A stretch of 64,000 bases of DNA, from positions 114,362 to 178,361 of the forward strand of contig JANOAV010000087.1 in assembly GCA_031411295.1 (NCBI GenBank), read 5' to 3'. A program made the position numbers and the translations under genes. Of this stretch, positions 30,401 through 38,356 are shown in pieces. The stretch comes from Verrucomicrobiales bacterium (GTDB lineage Bacteria; Verrucomicrobiota; Verrucomicrobiia; Verrucomicrobiales; V1-33). How positions within the stretch are numbered: position 1 is the stretch's first letter; each line of letters begins with the position of its first letter. The notes under the pieces were generated by a model, which did not search any database, was not told the DNA's origin, and saw only the letters and a list, made by a program, of their open reading frames with translations.

Positions 30401-31412
30401 CACTGGCGTGCGCTTCACGTCGGGCATCGTCTTCTCCTTCCCCACCATGACCCTGGCCGCCGGAGCCTATGCGGTGATCACGGATAACCTAGCCGCCTTC
30501 AACGCTCAGTTTCCCGCCGTGACCGCCACCCAGTGGACCAGTGGCAAACTCTCCAACAGTGGCGAAAATATCCGCTATGAACCAGCCTTGCAGGACATCG
30601 GCATCTTGGACTTCGATTACGATGGGGCGTGGTTCCCCAGCACCGTTGGTCAAGGGGCCTCCCTGCAAATCATTGATCCCGGTGCTGCCCGCAACACTTG
30701 GGGCATCAAGGAAAGTTGGCAGGCGGGCGCCCCTAGCCCGGGCACCGTGCCTGGCTTCGGGGTCATTGCCGGTTTGGATTCCACCGTCGTGCTACCCGCC
30801 ACCGGTGTCTTCAGTGGCACCCTCTTTCCTGGGATCTACAGTTTCAGCGATATCACCCTCCAGTGGAGCAAAGTCAGTGGTCCCGGGACGGTGAATTTTA
30901 CCGCTCCTAACAGCAGTGCTTCCGATGCCTCCTTCTCCGCAGCTGGAACCTATGTATTGCGTCTCACCGCCACCGTGGCGGCCGGTCCAGTGTCATCCAA
31001 TGATCTCACCGTCAATGTCATCGCTGGATACAACTACTGGATCAGCCAAGCCTACCCTGGCAATACCAATCCCGCCACCATCGGCCAGAATGCGGATCCT
31101 GACCAAGATGGCATCCCTAATCTGGTAGAGTTTGCGCTAAATCTGGATCCCACCAAGAGCAGCACCCACCTGTTGCCGCAGCCTGCCAACCAAGGTGGTC
31201 GTCTCTCTTTGACCTATCAGCGCATTACCGCCCCTGGCCTCAGCTACATCGTGGAACTCTCTGACGAACTCGGCAATTGGCAGCAATACGTGGCCAGTGA
31301 AACATTGCTGAATACCAGCGGAAACCTCGAAACGTGGAATGCCACGTCTCCTAATCTCATCAGCGCCCAGTCGCACCAATTCATCCGCATCCGAGTCGTG
31401 CAATCTCCCTGA
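21486..31412 (+). CDS. Giant secreted protein: tandem-95/Ig repeats, lamin-tail domains, CotH-family kinase, right-handed beta-helix, C-terminal sorting-like domain
   Basis: Repeated 'PVA..D.Y...ED..L.I.APGVL.ND.D...P.HG......NGSFTYTP..NY.G.DSFTY'. LTD starts ISEFMFSP, LSEVLADN, INEWLTTN, ITEIMFAP. CotH-like GIRYRGAGSR and AHDFDT. Ca-binding-type DPDQDGIPNLVEFA. Confidence 0.88.
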   Translation: MNYSPCSFLAACAVSGLLISISLAVPVAVDDAYNATEDRQLQAVGASTVYLDAPFETGTNLATGNWDYLQVPNHLATVPGNGSYPVDGDTAGWKDAAFNKAISNIPGWAQSPMPIQGGGVDGLPGAAVVLDVPAMTSGAGGQYIYTTYLFRKAITLNAAQVAAGLTASVICDDGMVLYTNGTESGRVNMAAGSFINPAGAPAGLSTLTATASGNETATNTIAIPTSQLVVGVNQIAIELHQTATSATTFTSSDAGIGVSIATTGGDPQSGFTGVNDAFFGTVANTDFNTGRSFAYQTAGGVGGTGGVEVLVGGNFVFNGRGNAGPRSAGWRRTFTVTETGMVELKFSQRMLFGKDYDPGEWSEVIADIDGTQYGTITAPGTHKSVAFKEGDGNGGNNFDSGFLPITLQMTLTAGTHTLTLGAYNNTSQGGGGGTNESTEVWFDNVTIKTLGAAPGVLANDTGSPTSATLVTGPAHGSVVLAANGTFTYTPALNYNGTDTFTYTANDAGGSSAPATVTITIAPVNDPPVGSPDTLTVDEDGSVPFTSAMLLANDTDVEGNTLSISSGTNVAHGTITTLAPNSFSYAPAPNYFGTDTFTYIATDGTANSAPITVTITVVPKPDAPVASGETYTVPYNGSLTISDINGSSVNEQLILGTERAANGLDIVNAGSVWKYFSTAAAPADTVAVPWTSLAFDDSAWGEGPSELGYGDAPATAENRPEATLIPDDDITGYAGGSVPRYTTSYFRKTLNIPNVSEITALNLQVLRDDGIVLYINKTPAFRSNLTANPTYSTLAGVSTSPANEATFLDASVLGTSGESVNLINVAPAPSLLVEGNNIFAAEVHNSSSTSTDLSFDVKFSITRFTNRGLLQNDTDADGDALTAILVTNAAHGNVTVNPNGSFTYTPTPGYLGPDSFTYKANDGSLDSNVATVNLTVANVANTKPTAVANAYNATEDTTLTIPAATGVLINDTDPDNDVLTAFLVTNVTKGTLALSPDGSFVYTPNANYSGTDTFTYKCQDTALNFSANNATVTITIAPVNDAPVAVANAYNPIPGQTLNIAAPGVLSNDTDIDTVAANLTAVLVTPPSSGSLTLNPNGSFSYTPATNGTFSFTYKANDGSLDSNEATVTLNVNGLPVTGPDSYSLSEDTVLNISAPGLLSNDSDPEGSAITAVKLTNPAHGSVVVNPNGSFTYTPVANYAGADSFTYAANDGTVNSLPATVNLTITNLPDAPVAANDLYPTGLDTLLTITAPGVLGNDVDPDAGTVLTATKLTDPTHGVLSFNADGAFTYQPTTGYIGTDSFTYSVSDGGLTSNTATVNIDISGSGKVISISEFMFSPPGGTVNDEYIEIVNTAGYSVNLSGWKFDSGIDFTFPAGTSLAGGAYLVIPANPTTFQTKYPSVTNYLSVGWSTTTSLSNRLDTIRLSDKTGNTISKVDYAKEGDWSTRQAETVGSNTGWKWIAGADTTGQSYQVRNPKLNVNNGQNWISAAPSPGVVNPANSSNLAPLIFNVKHHPEVPKASQQVTVSCTVEDEAATGITVKCFYRALLATNPQPAFTSIDLFDDGLHKDTLANDGKFAASLPIQTNGTVVEFYVQASDGTLTRNWPAPAVNTAGTATLAQEASPNCLYQVNEEAWTQPQPIYRLVMTPVESAAFTATSYNKSETSDTDKNISVVFTTGQDANVRYSCGIRYRGAGSRGSDFSYNPHNWKLSIPNATPWNGLTSFNLNSLSSYGLDLGGRLLQCAQLPGEVATPTAVRLNGANRMAAGTNPAPGTYAVYNLYTHQTPMGTEWAKFTFPANPGGNIYKKSALGNNGWVVSTSNPVSTNYLSDGWIKQSNTAENNWSDLHTFLTTVHASANTSTTPYTINLNTLETVANLDQWARWFAFTASINHRETNISNGIDDDYSMYFGTTDKRAILLAHDFDTILGSIGDTSTTATDSIWQAYGYLSDARSFESAGFPFWTGLFNNNTFARKYKAQLRDLMNTVFSQTSFNAMVDNTWGTDGSWVPTTKSNTIKTFMNNRRNYILSQLPSTFSFTSTITPSGGVYTTTDPNVTGLSGAMDGARTANILINGVAAALNNHSDTWTATGSAVGLKPGYNTVLIRALDDAGAEITRQSLTYFYDDGSVASVSGSIAANTTWTAAGGPYNVTATVTVANGATLTIEPGTTVYMAASTGLTVAAGGTLIAQGTEIAPIRFMQQTGVTTKWTQILVNGNAGSPQTKLSYLDIQNNGSIAIHTSGADVSIDHITFGNTAVAYISLDSSSFTVANCIFPTPTVGFEPVHGTGGIRAGGQGVIRDCWFGAPIGYNDVVDFTGGNRPGPIIRFYNNVFTGSQDDILDLDGTDAWVEGNLFMHCHRNGSSPDSSSAVSGGNDSGNTSEVTVIRNLMYDCDDAVTMKQGNSAVVLNNTIVHTTKVGGIDTASAAENDGGTGVVNLADVGIASGNGFIVENNIIWDAEFLTRNYHVATPNVRFSNNILPTAWSGLRSGNIVTDPLLNLSLITTPGTATEAQVRAALTPQSCSSALGRGLYGTDLGATAPTGIVVSRLFADRTSDTSATFTVGPVGNFTYGTPNWSYGYTAYRYRLDGGTLNAETPTTTPITLTGLSNGTHTLSVEGKQDTGLWQDAAPTVYTFTVNTAQPTVVLSEVLADNVTAYTLGTTMPDYVELYNYGTGVISLAGYGLTDDVTKPLKYVFPAGTSIPAGGYLLVICDSLAPVGGELHTGFSLNSGGETVALFAPGAVVGATPVDSVAFGPQLPNKSIGRTAPLYAWNLGTPSPNAANLADCDIGSPIGLRINEWLTTNDITVAHDFIELYNPTSKIVSVAGLYLTDDILNFAALKAQGDKHVQALPPLSFIAANGFVHLWTDSSPEGGDHLNFKLDAFHNGLGLADATGKILDCVVTYPNSSDLSIGRSPDGAENYAIFSIPTPGYSNTTPLTTETAIFNYLRITEIMFAPQSGKAEFIEFQNTGGTAITITGVRFTSGIVFSFPTMTLAAGAYAVITDNLAAFNAQFPAVTATQWTSGKLSNSGENIRYEPALQDIGILDFDYDGAWFPSTVGQGASLQIIDPGAARNTWGIKESWQAGAPSPGTVPGFGVIAGLDSTVVLPATGVFSGTLFPGIYSFSDITLQWSKVSGPGTVNFTAPNSSASDASFSAAGTYVLRLTATVAAGPVSSNDLTVNVIAGYNYWISQAYPGNTNPATIGQNADPDQDGIPNLVEFALNLDPTKSSTHLLPQPANQGGRLSLTYQRITAPGLSYIVELSDELGNWQQYVASETLLNTSGNLETWNATSPNLISAQSHQFIRIRVVQSP

Positions 31413-31558
31413 GATGCCACGTGGAGGGCGAGGTAACGAGACCAGCACCATGCAAAGCGAAGGGGATTGGCGAAGCGACTATCAGTCCGCTGCGCTGATC
31501 CAGCATGAGCAGCCCAGCGGCTGTTCCACATTCTAACGTTTTCTTTCTGGAAATGGTC

Positions 31559-33409
31559 TCAGTCCACGAACTTCTGAAACGCTTCGATGGCCTCATACTC
31601 GGCCATGCCCAGCGCATCATAGGCTTCAGCGGTGAGTTTATTTTGCTCGCCAGTCATCATTTCCGGGAGGTTCTGGGAATGGAATTTCCGCATGGCGTTG
31701 AGCTTCCGCTCCAACTGGTCGGGGCTCATGGGCACCGCCATGTCGATCTCATGCGGTGAAAACTCCTTCTGATGCCCCCGGTAAAGCCAAATTTGGCAGT
31801 TGACCTTCCGGTCCTCCAGAGCCAATCGCAGGGCCTTGAAGGCGACACCTTGCACACTACTGGGGTCCGCCAAGTGACCGGTGGCGAAAATGAGGTGTGG
31901 CTGGACCCGATCCAAAACGGCACCCACTTTTTGCACATCCTCATCACTCAGGGCGAAGTTGCGATAGCGGCCAGTGGCATAGAATGGCAGGTCCAGAAAC
32001 GTGACCTTGCTAACTCCGAGACTGGCTTCCGCATCCCGTGTCTCCCCTCGACGAATGCGGGATTTGAGACGGCGTAATTCTGGGGATGGCAGACCGAAGG
32101 CACCCTTAACCTCGATTTCTTTCAACAAATGCACGGCATAGGCTTCCTGGACAGACCAATCGGGTTGTTCGCGAGCGGTGTCTGCCAGCACTTTGGTGAA
32201 ACGCGTGGCCTCAGCATCGGTGACCCGGAGATCACCACTGGTCTGACAAATGACTTCCACGTCGTGGCCTTGCGCTACCAAGCGTTCCAGCGTTCCCCCC
32301 ATGGACATGATGTCGTCTTCCGGCTCTGGCGCGAAGACGAGCACGCGCTTGCGCGCTGGAGTATTTTTGACCGGACGATTCGTGTCATCCGCGTCTCCCT
32401 TACCGCCGGGCCAGCCGGTGATGGTGTGCTGCTGGACGTTAAAGATTTTGATGTTGAGTTGATAGGAACCATCGTGTCCCGTGACCAGTTCCCCCATGCC
32501 ATTCTCGTTATACTCCCCGCTGCGCAGCTTGAGAATCGGCTTCCCTTCCTGCTCCGCCAGCCAGCACACGGCCCGACGTTTCTCCGCATCCGTCCAAGCG
32601 ACTTGGCCCACCAGCCACGGCAGACGAATTCGTGTTAGGTGAGCTGCTCCCGAGGCATTGAGCAGGAATCGGGAGTTGGGGTGGCTCTGCAGGAAGCTGG
32701 CGGAAATAATCTCCGTCTCCGGGCCTTCCACCGCCTGCTGGACAATGCCGGCCTTGTTTTCCCCCCAGGCCATTAACACTAATTGACGGGCTTTCAAAAT
32801 GGTGCCAACGCCCATGGTGATGGCGAAGCGGGGCACGTTTTCCTCCCCTTGGAAATCACTGGCAGCATCCCGTCGTGTCAGGTGGTCCAACGCAATCAAA
32901 CGGGTGCGTGAGTCCTTACTGGAGCCAGGCTCATTGAAACCGATGTGGCCCGTGCGCCCGATCCCCAGGATTTGCAGATCCAACCCGCCCGCGGCATCGA
33001 TTTGGTTTTCATACTGCTCACAACTGGCGAAGACATCCTCCATGGCCACCGTGCCATTGGGGACGTGGATGTGGTCCGGCGGCAGATCGATGTGGTTGAA
33101 CAACTGGGTGTGCATGAATTGCCAGTAGCTTTCGGGATGGTCCCGGCCCAGGCCGAAATATTCGTCGAGATTGAACGTGATGACATTTTGGAAGCTCAGC
33201 CCCTCCTCCTTGTGCAGCCGAATCAGTTCCCGGTAAAACGGAACAGGTGTGGAACCGGTCGCCAAGCCCAGCACGGCGGTCCGACCCTCGGCCTGCCGTT
33301 GTTGGATCAACTGTTGGACTTCCCGCGCCAGGGAGGCACAGGCGTCGTGGGCGGTGGGATAAATGACGGTCTTGATTTTCTCAAATTGTTCAGCAGCGGA
33401 AGCACTCAT
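31559..33409 (-). CDS. nagB: Glucosamine-6-phosphate deaminase with C-terminal PIG-L-like domain
   Basis: LGLATGSTP, TFNLDEY, LGIGRTGHIGFNEPGS, AITMGVGTI, then HTITGWPGGK and a PIG-L-like C-terminal domain. Confidence 0.93.
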   Translation of the reverse strand: MSASAAEQFEKIKTVIYPTAHDACASLAREVQQLIQQRQAEGRTAVLGLATGSTPVPFYRELIRLHKEEGLSFQNVITFNLDEYFGLGRDHPESYWQFMHTQLFNHIDLPPDHIHVPNGTVAMEDVFASCEQYENQIDAAGGLDLQILGIGRTGHIGFNEPGSSKDSRTRLIALDHLTRRDAASDFQGEENVPRFAITMGVGTILKARQLVLMAWGENKAGIVQQAVEGPETEIISASFLQSHPNSRFLLNASGAAHLTRIRLPWLVGQVAWTDAEKRRAVCWLAEQEGKPILKLRSGEYNENGMGELVTGHDGSYQLNIKIFNVQQHTITGWPGGKGDADDTNRPVKNTPARKRVLVFAPEPEDDIMSMGGTLERLVAQGHDVEVICQTSGDLRVTDAEATRFTKVLADTAREQPDWSVQEAYAVHLLKEIEVKGAFGLPSPELRRLKSRIRRGETRDAEASLGVSKVTFLDLPFYATGRYRNFALSDEDVQKVGAVLDRVQPHLIFATGHLADPSSVQGVAFKALRLALEDRKVNCQIWLYRGHQKEFSPHEIDMAVPMSPDQLERKLNAMRKFHSQNLPEMMTGEQNKLTAEAYDALGMAEYEAIEAFQKFVD

Positions 33410-33502
33410 AGGGCGGTAAGCATCACGGCATTCAACGCCCCGGCAAGTTTCCAGTCACCGAAACTACGGGATGAAACCCCTTGAGAAATTGAGGCGCGGT
33501 TC

Positions 33503-34297
33503 TTAAACACGCAGAATCCTTGACCGCCCATCTCCATTCAACGAAATCGCAGTATCCGAGAAGGATGAATACCCCGAGCCCAGAACGTAATCACACCGGC
33601 TCAACAACAACAGATCAATCCAATCGTCGCACACATCTACGATGGTGCTTTGAGCCCGGGGCCAGCGAATCGCTTCATCGTTAAATTTCACACGCTCCAC
33701 AATGGAGGGGCCAAATTTCTGCTTAAACTGGCGACGGGTTTCTGGGTTATCCGTGCCTAGAAAAACCTGTTTCTTTTCTGTGACCAGTTCACTTACAGCA
33801 TTGAGAAACAGCTCGTCAGGACTGCGTTTTTGAGACTCTGTGTTATCCGTGCGGCGGATATGAATGCCCACTGTGGGCTGCGTAAAGTGTTCGGTTACAA
33901 ACTCATCCACAATTTCAGTAACCACTGCGCTGGGCTTTGGATAAAAATCTCGCAGCGAGACAGGCGTAGCGGGCGCACATCGCGCTACGCTGAAAATGTG
34001 CCCCGTTTTCAAAATGAATCTTGGTTCCATGGGCAGGTCTAATTGTTGATTCGACCTCCCCCCACCGTCTTTAGCCAGCAAGGTCGATATCTTTGGAAGC
34101 TCCTGCTCATCCTCGGAAAGTCCGGAAAGCACAGTGAGGGAATCATCCAGCGCAAACAGATCACCCCAATTTCCCCATTGCCAGACCACGGAAATTTTCA
34201 TTCCCAGCTCCACTCCAAGTCGTTTCGCGGCTGCGATGGCCCGAAGCCGATTACACAAGCCATCCGTGGGAATGAGAATCAATTCTTGTGCGGCCAT
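33503..34297 (-). CDS. Fucosyltransferase-like glycosyltransferase (GT11/NodZ/GT23-type)
   Basis: DGLCNRLRAI, VGIHIRRTD, VFLGTDN and DLLLLSRCDYVLGSGYSSFS resemble the conserved GDP-fucose-binding motifs. Confidence 0.8.
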   Translation of the reverse strand: MAAQELILIPTDGLCNRLRAIAAAKRLGVELGMKISVVWQWGNWGDLFALDDSLTVLSGLSEDEQELPKISTLLAKDGGGRSNQQLDLPMEPRFILKTGHIFSVARCAPATPVSLRDFYPKPSAVVTEIVDEFVTEHFTQPTVGIHIRRTDNTESQKRSPDELFLNAVSELVTEKKQVFLGTDNPETRRQFKQKFGPSIVERVKFNDEAIRWPRAQSTIVDVCDDWIDLLLLSRCDYVLGSGYSSFSDTAISLNGDGRSRILRV

Positions 34298-34300
34298 GAC

Positions 34301-35749
34301 TCACATCGTGTAATTGGTTAAGGTCATGAGATCAGAAACGGCACCGGCATCCAGCGGAACGTAGGCGGCGTGATTTTGGAATTGGTCAAAATGTTCCTCC
34401 TCCCACGTATTGTTTCCGTGCACCGTCCGAATATAAAGTTCCGGCTCATCTAGTAGATGGTGAGGGCAGTTTTTCCTAAGCCGATCGAACAACTGCGAGT
34501 CCTCCGCGCGTTCCAGTTCAGGGTAGATCAGACTGACGCGATCCCGCCTAGCAATGAAAGCACATTCCCAGGCGCGGCATTGCGTAATTCCGGCTTCCTG
34601 TTTGGCGGGCCAGAACAACGTTAGGCGCTTCAGGAACCCGAACGCATGATTCCCCAGCGATTCCCACTGCCGCAGGATACGATCCGGATGACTCCAATCA
34701 TCATCGTCCCACTGCATCACCACGCTGCCCGCAGCCAGTTGCAGAGAGAGATTGCGCATCTTACCAAGCGGCCCCTTGCCAGATGGAATGTGATGCCAGC
34801 GGATTTTGTCAGATTCAGGCAACTGTGGTGACCAGTCGGTTTCACTTTCATCAACAATCACGAGTTCCCGATTCGGATAAGTCTGCCCCAGAAAGGAACT
34901 CACCGCCCGTAACGCAAGCGCAGGTCGATTCCTTGTCACCATCAGGCAGCTAACTAACGGCAGCCCAAACTCCTCCTCGCCCGCCACTTCCACGCGTGAG
35001 CGTCTTTGTAAGCCGGAGACCATGGAGGGCAGCGCCAATTTGTTCTGTTCATCGAACCAGCTCTCTCCTGGATTCGCCATTTCCCAGTCCAACCCACGCA
35101 CCGTCTCGCGGTTCGGCCGCTGCGAACCGTCCTCCCGGTAATTGCTGTAAGTGCGACCCAAGACATCCGATGGAGACACTGCCTGCCAAGCCAGATTGGG
35201 AAAGGCGGCATAGGTGGGAATGGTTGCATGGAGCAAAGCTAACTCCACGTCTGACGCGGTTTTTTGTGGCGGGCGTCCTCGCCCAGTCCCGCGCATAGCT
35301 TTGGATACCTTCAAGAAATGTTCCCTGCGGATCGCTACGGCATGATTGTCGAAGGCGCTGCGAACCTTCACCAACCCTGGACAGACAATTTCGGGTCGTT
35401 CCAAATGCTGGCAGCCGAAATAGAAAATCCCCCAATCATCCGGTAAATTTATCGCTTCGACCCGTTCACGAAATTCCGGGTGTAACACCACATCGTCCTC
35501 GAATAACAGAATTGCGTCTGCCCCTGCAATCCGCGCGCGCCGGATTGCCAGTCGTTTGGTCAGCGCGCACGCACGCTTGGCGGTTGTGCTGTAACCCCAC
35601 GCGTCTCGCAACCAAGTTGCCTTGACGGCTGGTTGTCTGATGACTTCCAAACTGTGTTGCCAGAACTGGTATTCAACGTCATTCCTGCGATCTTCGCGAT
35701 TTCCAAGATTTAGGTAGGTGCGGTAGGGAAAGGTAGCTTCAAGTTGCAT
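34301..35749 (-). CDS. Fused glycosyltransferase: GT25-like N-terminal domain + GT2 C-terminal domain
   Basis: YLNLGNREDRR...ACALTK...LLFEDDV...LPDDWGIFYFG (GT25-like), then PLVSCLMVTRNR...QTYPNRELVIVDES...QWDDDDWSHPDRI (GT2). Confidence 0.85.
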   Translation of the reverse strand: MQLEATFPYRTYLNLGNREDRRNDVEYQFWQHSLEVIRQPAVKATWLRDAWGYSTTAKRACALTKRLAIRRARIAGADAILLFEDDVVLHPEFRERVEAINLPDDWGIFYFGCQHLERPEIVCPGLVKVRSAFDNHAVAIRREHFLKVSKAMRGTGRGRPPQKTASDVELALLHATIPTYAAFPNLAWQAVSPSDVLGRTYSNYREDGSQRPNRETVRGLDWEMANPGESWFDEQNKLALPSMVSGLQRRSRVEVAGEEEFGLPLVSCLMVTRNRPALALRAVSSFLGQTYPNRELVIVDESETDWSPQLPESDKIRWHHIPSGKGPLGKMRNLSLQLAAGSVVMQWDDDDWSHPDRILRQWESLGNHAFGFLKRLTLFWPAKQEAGITQCRAWECAFIARRDRVSLIYPELERAEDSQLFDRLRKNCPHHLLDEPELYIRTVHGNNTWEEEHFDQFQNHAAYVPLDAGAVSDLMTLTNYTM

Positions 35750-35766
35750 CAAAAATCAGAGGGAAA

Positions 35767-36477
35767 TTAAGGTTCCAAAATATCGAGAAAATGCCCCGTC
35801 TGGTCCCCAAAATACCGGGCGTAAAAGAGCCCTGTGAGAAACTCCAACTGAGCATTGGGCACCCAATCTGCCACGGAAAGGATTGCTGCTTCCCGCCAAT
35901 CGAGGTAGGAGGTGCCCGCATCCACCGATTGGATCTCGTCCCGTTCAAATGGAATCCGCCGCAACGAATTTGGGTGACTGGAAGAAATTTGACACGGGTC
36001 CCCGCCATTCTCCGGGAGCGCGATGTCGGCCTCTTCCATCCGTCGCCAAGTCAGCATCAACTCTTGGTAAAATTCCGTTTTGACGGCCCACGCCCGACCG
36101 CCGAAAAACCAAAGCAAATCCCACGGGCGATCTACCGGGAACAAATGATCAATGTTTCTGCGCACCGCACTGGCAGCATCCAAATACGCCACTACCGAAC
36201 AGCCGTTAGTGTCCAAATAGTCAGCCGCCAAATGCGGAAATTGCGTTGAAAACTCCGTTCCTTGGCCAGTGGTAGCAACGTAAACTTCCTCCACCCCAGC
36301 CTTGGCCACCTTAAATAAGGGGGCCTCCGTGTTGCGGAAGACCACGATGCGCCCATTAAAGTAGGATCGCAACAAACTACTCACTAGCAGTTTAGCCATC
36401 ACCCTGCGAACCAAAGAACCCGGTGAGTCAAATGCCATCGTGTAGAGCAGGACGCTCGGAGGAATGAGTTCAGCCAT
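35767..36477 (-). CDS. Hypothetical GT-A-like protein with degenerate DxD; paralog of 38923-39909
   Basis: Aligns by eye to 38923-39909 at the N- and C-termini; YLDAAS sits where the paralog has FLDAD. Confidence 0.7.
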   Translation of the reverse strand: MAELIPPSVLLYTMAFDSPGSLVRRVMAKLLVSSLLRSYFNGRIVVFRNTEAPLFKVAKAGVEEVYVATTGQGTEFSTQFPHLAADYLDTNGCSVVAYLDAASAVRRNIDHLFPVDRPWDLLWFFGGRAWAVKTEFYQELMLTWRRMEEADIALPENGGDPCQISSSHPNSLRRIPFERDEIQSVDAGTSYLDWREAAILSVADWVPNAQLEFLTGLFYARYFGDQTGHFLDILEP

Positions 36478-36498
36478 GTGCTTGGGGAATCAGGAATC

Positions 36499-37548
36499 TT
36501 AAGGCTTGACTGGCTTCACAGGTTGCAACGCCTTCAGCACAGTGTTGCGCAGCGTTTCGTCGGAAATAGTAGCCGCCCATTTCGCAGCTCCTTCCGGGTC
36601 CATTTTGCAGATTGCTTTGCTGAAGATTCCTATCAACTCATTGCGGTCTGGCTCATTCGTATGTTGATTTAGCCATTGCCCCGCATCGTCAGGATTGACT
36701 TCGGCCCATGCTGCGATGGCGACCGGACGGGCCACGTTTTGGCCCGCAATGGTTTGCGCAAACGTCATGATCTCCGTTCCTCCCCGGGCGGTGATCAGCG
36801 GGGGAAAGGCCATTGCCAGTGAGGCCGCATTCACCAAGCTGGGATCAGGGCAGGATTTCAATTGCCCCAATGCCGCCTTGGCATCCGGCTTGGCCATGAT
36901 GCCAACCGCTTTTCCGAAGATCTCGGATTCGAAGGGTGCCTGTGGTGCGGTCGCCAAACTCAGCACTTTATGCACTTTGGCAATGCCGCCATTTTGCATC
37001 AGCGCCTTGGCGATCCACCCGGCTGCCTCAGCGTTTTGCCACTGGGCATTTTCTGAATTGCCGATCCAGCCTGCGATGGCAGGTGCCGAATATTGGCCAA
37101 GCCCAGACACAATTCCTTCCACGGCAAACTTTTGATTCAACTCGGACAGCCCATCATACCACTTGCTGTATTCCGGTCCAAACTTCCAGGCGATAGCATG
37201 GAACAGATCCTTGTAAAACTGCTTCAGCCAGCGTTCGGGAACTTCAGTCCGAAGAAATTTCACAGCTTCATCTGGCGCGGCTTTCCCCCAATCTGTCCAC
37301 AATGCTCGGTATTCCTCACGGTGGTTGATGGCGGGTGTTTCAGTTGAGGCAAGCGCTCTAAATCGGCTGATAAAACCATCCTCTTTACGGTCTAATTGCG
37401 GACGAGTGGGCGCCCCAAGCGCTTCGCTCTGTGATTGATCCAACCCAGCAGGGTCATTGCGGGAAAAAATCAAGCGCCATGCCCCCCAAAACATTGCAGC
37501 GCAGACTCCCACCGCTGCGGTCCAGATGAGTTTGTCCTTCAGAATCAT
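36499..37548 (-). CDS. Hypothetical membrane-anchored helical-repeat protein
   Basis: N-terminal TM segment and repeated W...[DN]P..A..W motifs (WGKAAPDEAVKF, WAEVNPDDAGQW, DPEGAAKW). Confidence 0.75.
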   Translation of the reverse strand: MILKDKLIWTAAVGVCAAMFWGAWRLIFSRNDPAGLDQSQSEALGAPTRPQLDRKEDGFISRFRALASTETPAINHREEYRALWTDWGKAAPDEAVKFLRTEVPERWLKQFYKDLFHAIAWKFGPEYSKWYDGLSELNQKFAVEGIVSGLGQYSAPAIAGWIGNSENAQWQNAEAAGWIAKALMQNGGIAKVHKVLSLATAPQAPFESEIFGKAVGIMAKPDAKAALGQLKSCPDPSLVNAASLAMAFPPLITARGGTEIMTFAQTIAGQNVARPVAIAAWAEVNPDDAGQWLNQHTNEPDRNELIGIFSKAICKMDPEGAAKWAATISDETLRNTVLKALQPVKPVKP

Positions 37549-37627
37549 ATGTTAAATTGCTGTGAGAATTCGCTTCGCTATTGGGCGCTGCCATTCACCT
37601 GGGAAGCAAAGGCCGACATCATGTGAA

Positions 37628-38356
37628 TTACTGTTTACTTTTGGCAAGATTCTCGAACCAAGGAAACCTCTGGAGGATGGCTGTTCTATTTAACTGCTTC
37701 TTCCAACTGACGACATCTCCAGCGTTCCCACTAGAGTTCCAACTTACAACAGTTAGGGTATTCCCCTGGTGGATAACATCCTCCATATAAATCTCTTCAG
37801 TGTATGTTCCGAAGCTTGATGCCAAGCTATCAGTCTGTAGCACAGCGGCAATAGCTTTACCTTTACCGTTGGGAAGCGCTTTTTTAATGGCTTCTTGGAG
37901 CCGCGCTAGTAAATCCGCGCCTTCTGGATAGGGAGATATTCTAAAGTAATCACCTTTTTGCGGATCGCTTACGAAGCTCACATGAATTCTTTCCAGTTCC
38001 TTAATCTCATCAAAAAACGGCCTAGTTGTCAGTATCAACTGTTCTTTCTCTTCTGCGGTCAGTTCCATCTGTTTCGCAAACTCTTCACTGATCTCAAAAG
38101 TTCCAGAAAATGGCTTCCTGAGTTGTGATAGAAACTCGGTTGAGTAAACGACCTCGCTTTGCAATTCCTTTTTAAGTGGAGGCGATGTTGAGGAAGTAGG
38201 ATCATAAACCGGCTTACGATTCTCGCGCAACACAGAAATTTCACTGGGGTTTCTTGAAGAAACCTCCGGTGGTTTTCCTTTTGTTTGAAATCGCAACCAG
38301 CAAACAATCCCAATGACTGCACACGTGCTTAAACAGAATTTAATAACAGCATTCAT
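37628..38356 (-). CDS. Hypothetical membrane-anchored protein
   Basis: The ATG at 38356 overlaps the upstream TGA (ATGA coupling). N-terminal hydrophobic segment; AT-rich coding. Confidence 0.7.
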   Translation of the reverse strand: MNAVIKFCLSTCAVIGIVCWLRFQTKGKPPEVSSRNPSEISVLRENRKPVYDPTSSTSPPLKKELQSEVVYSTEFLSQLRKPFSGTFEISEEFAKQMELTAEEKEQLILTTRPFFDEIKELERIHVSFVSDPQKGDYFRISPYPEGADLLARLQEAIKKALPNGKGKAIAAVLQTDSLASSFGTYTEEIYMEDVIHQGNTLTVVSWNSSGNAGDVVSWKKQLNRTAILQRFPWFENLAKSKQ

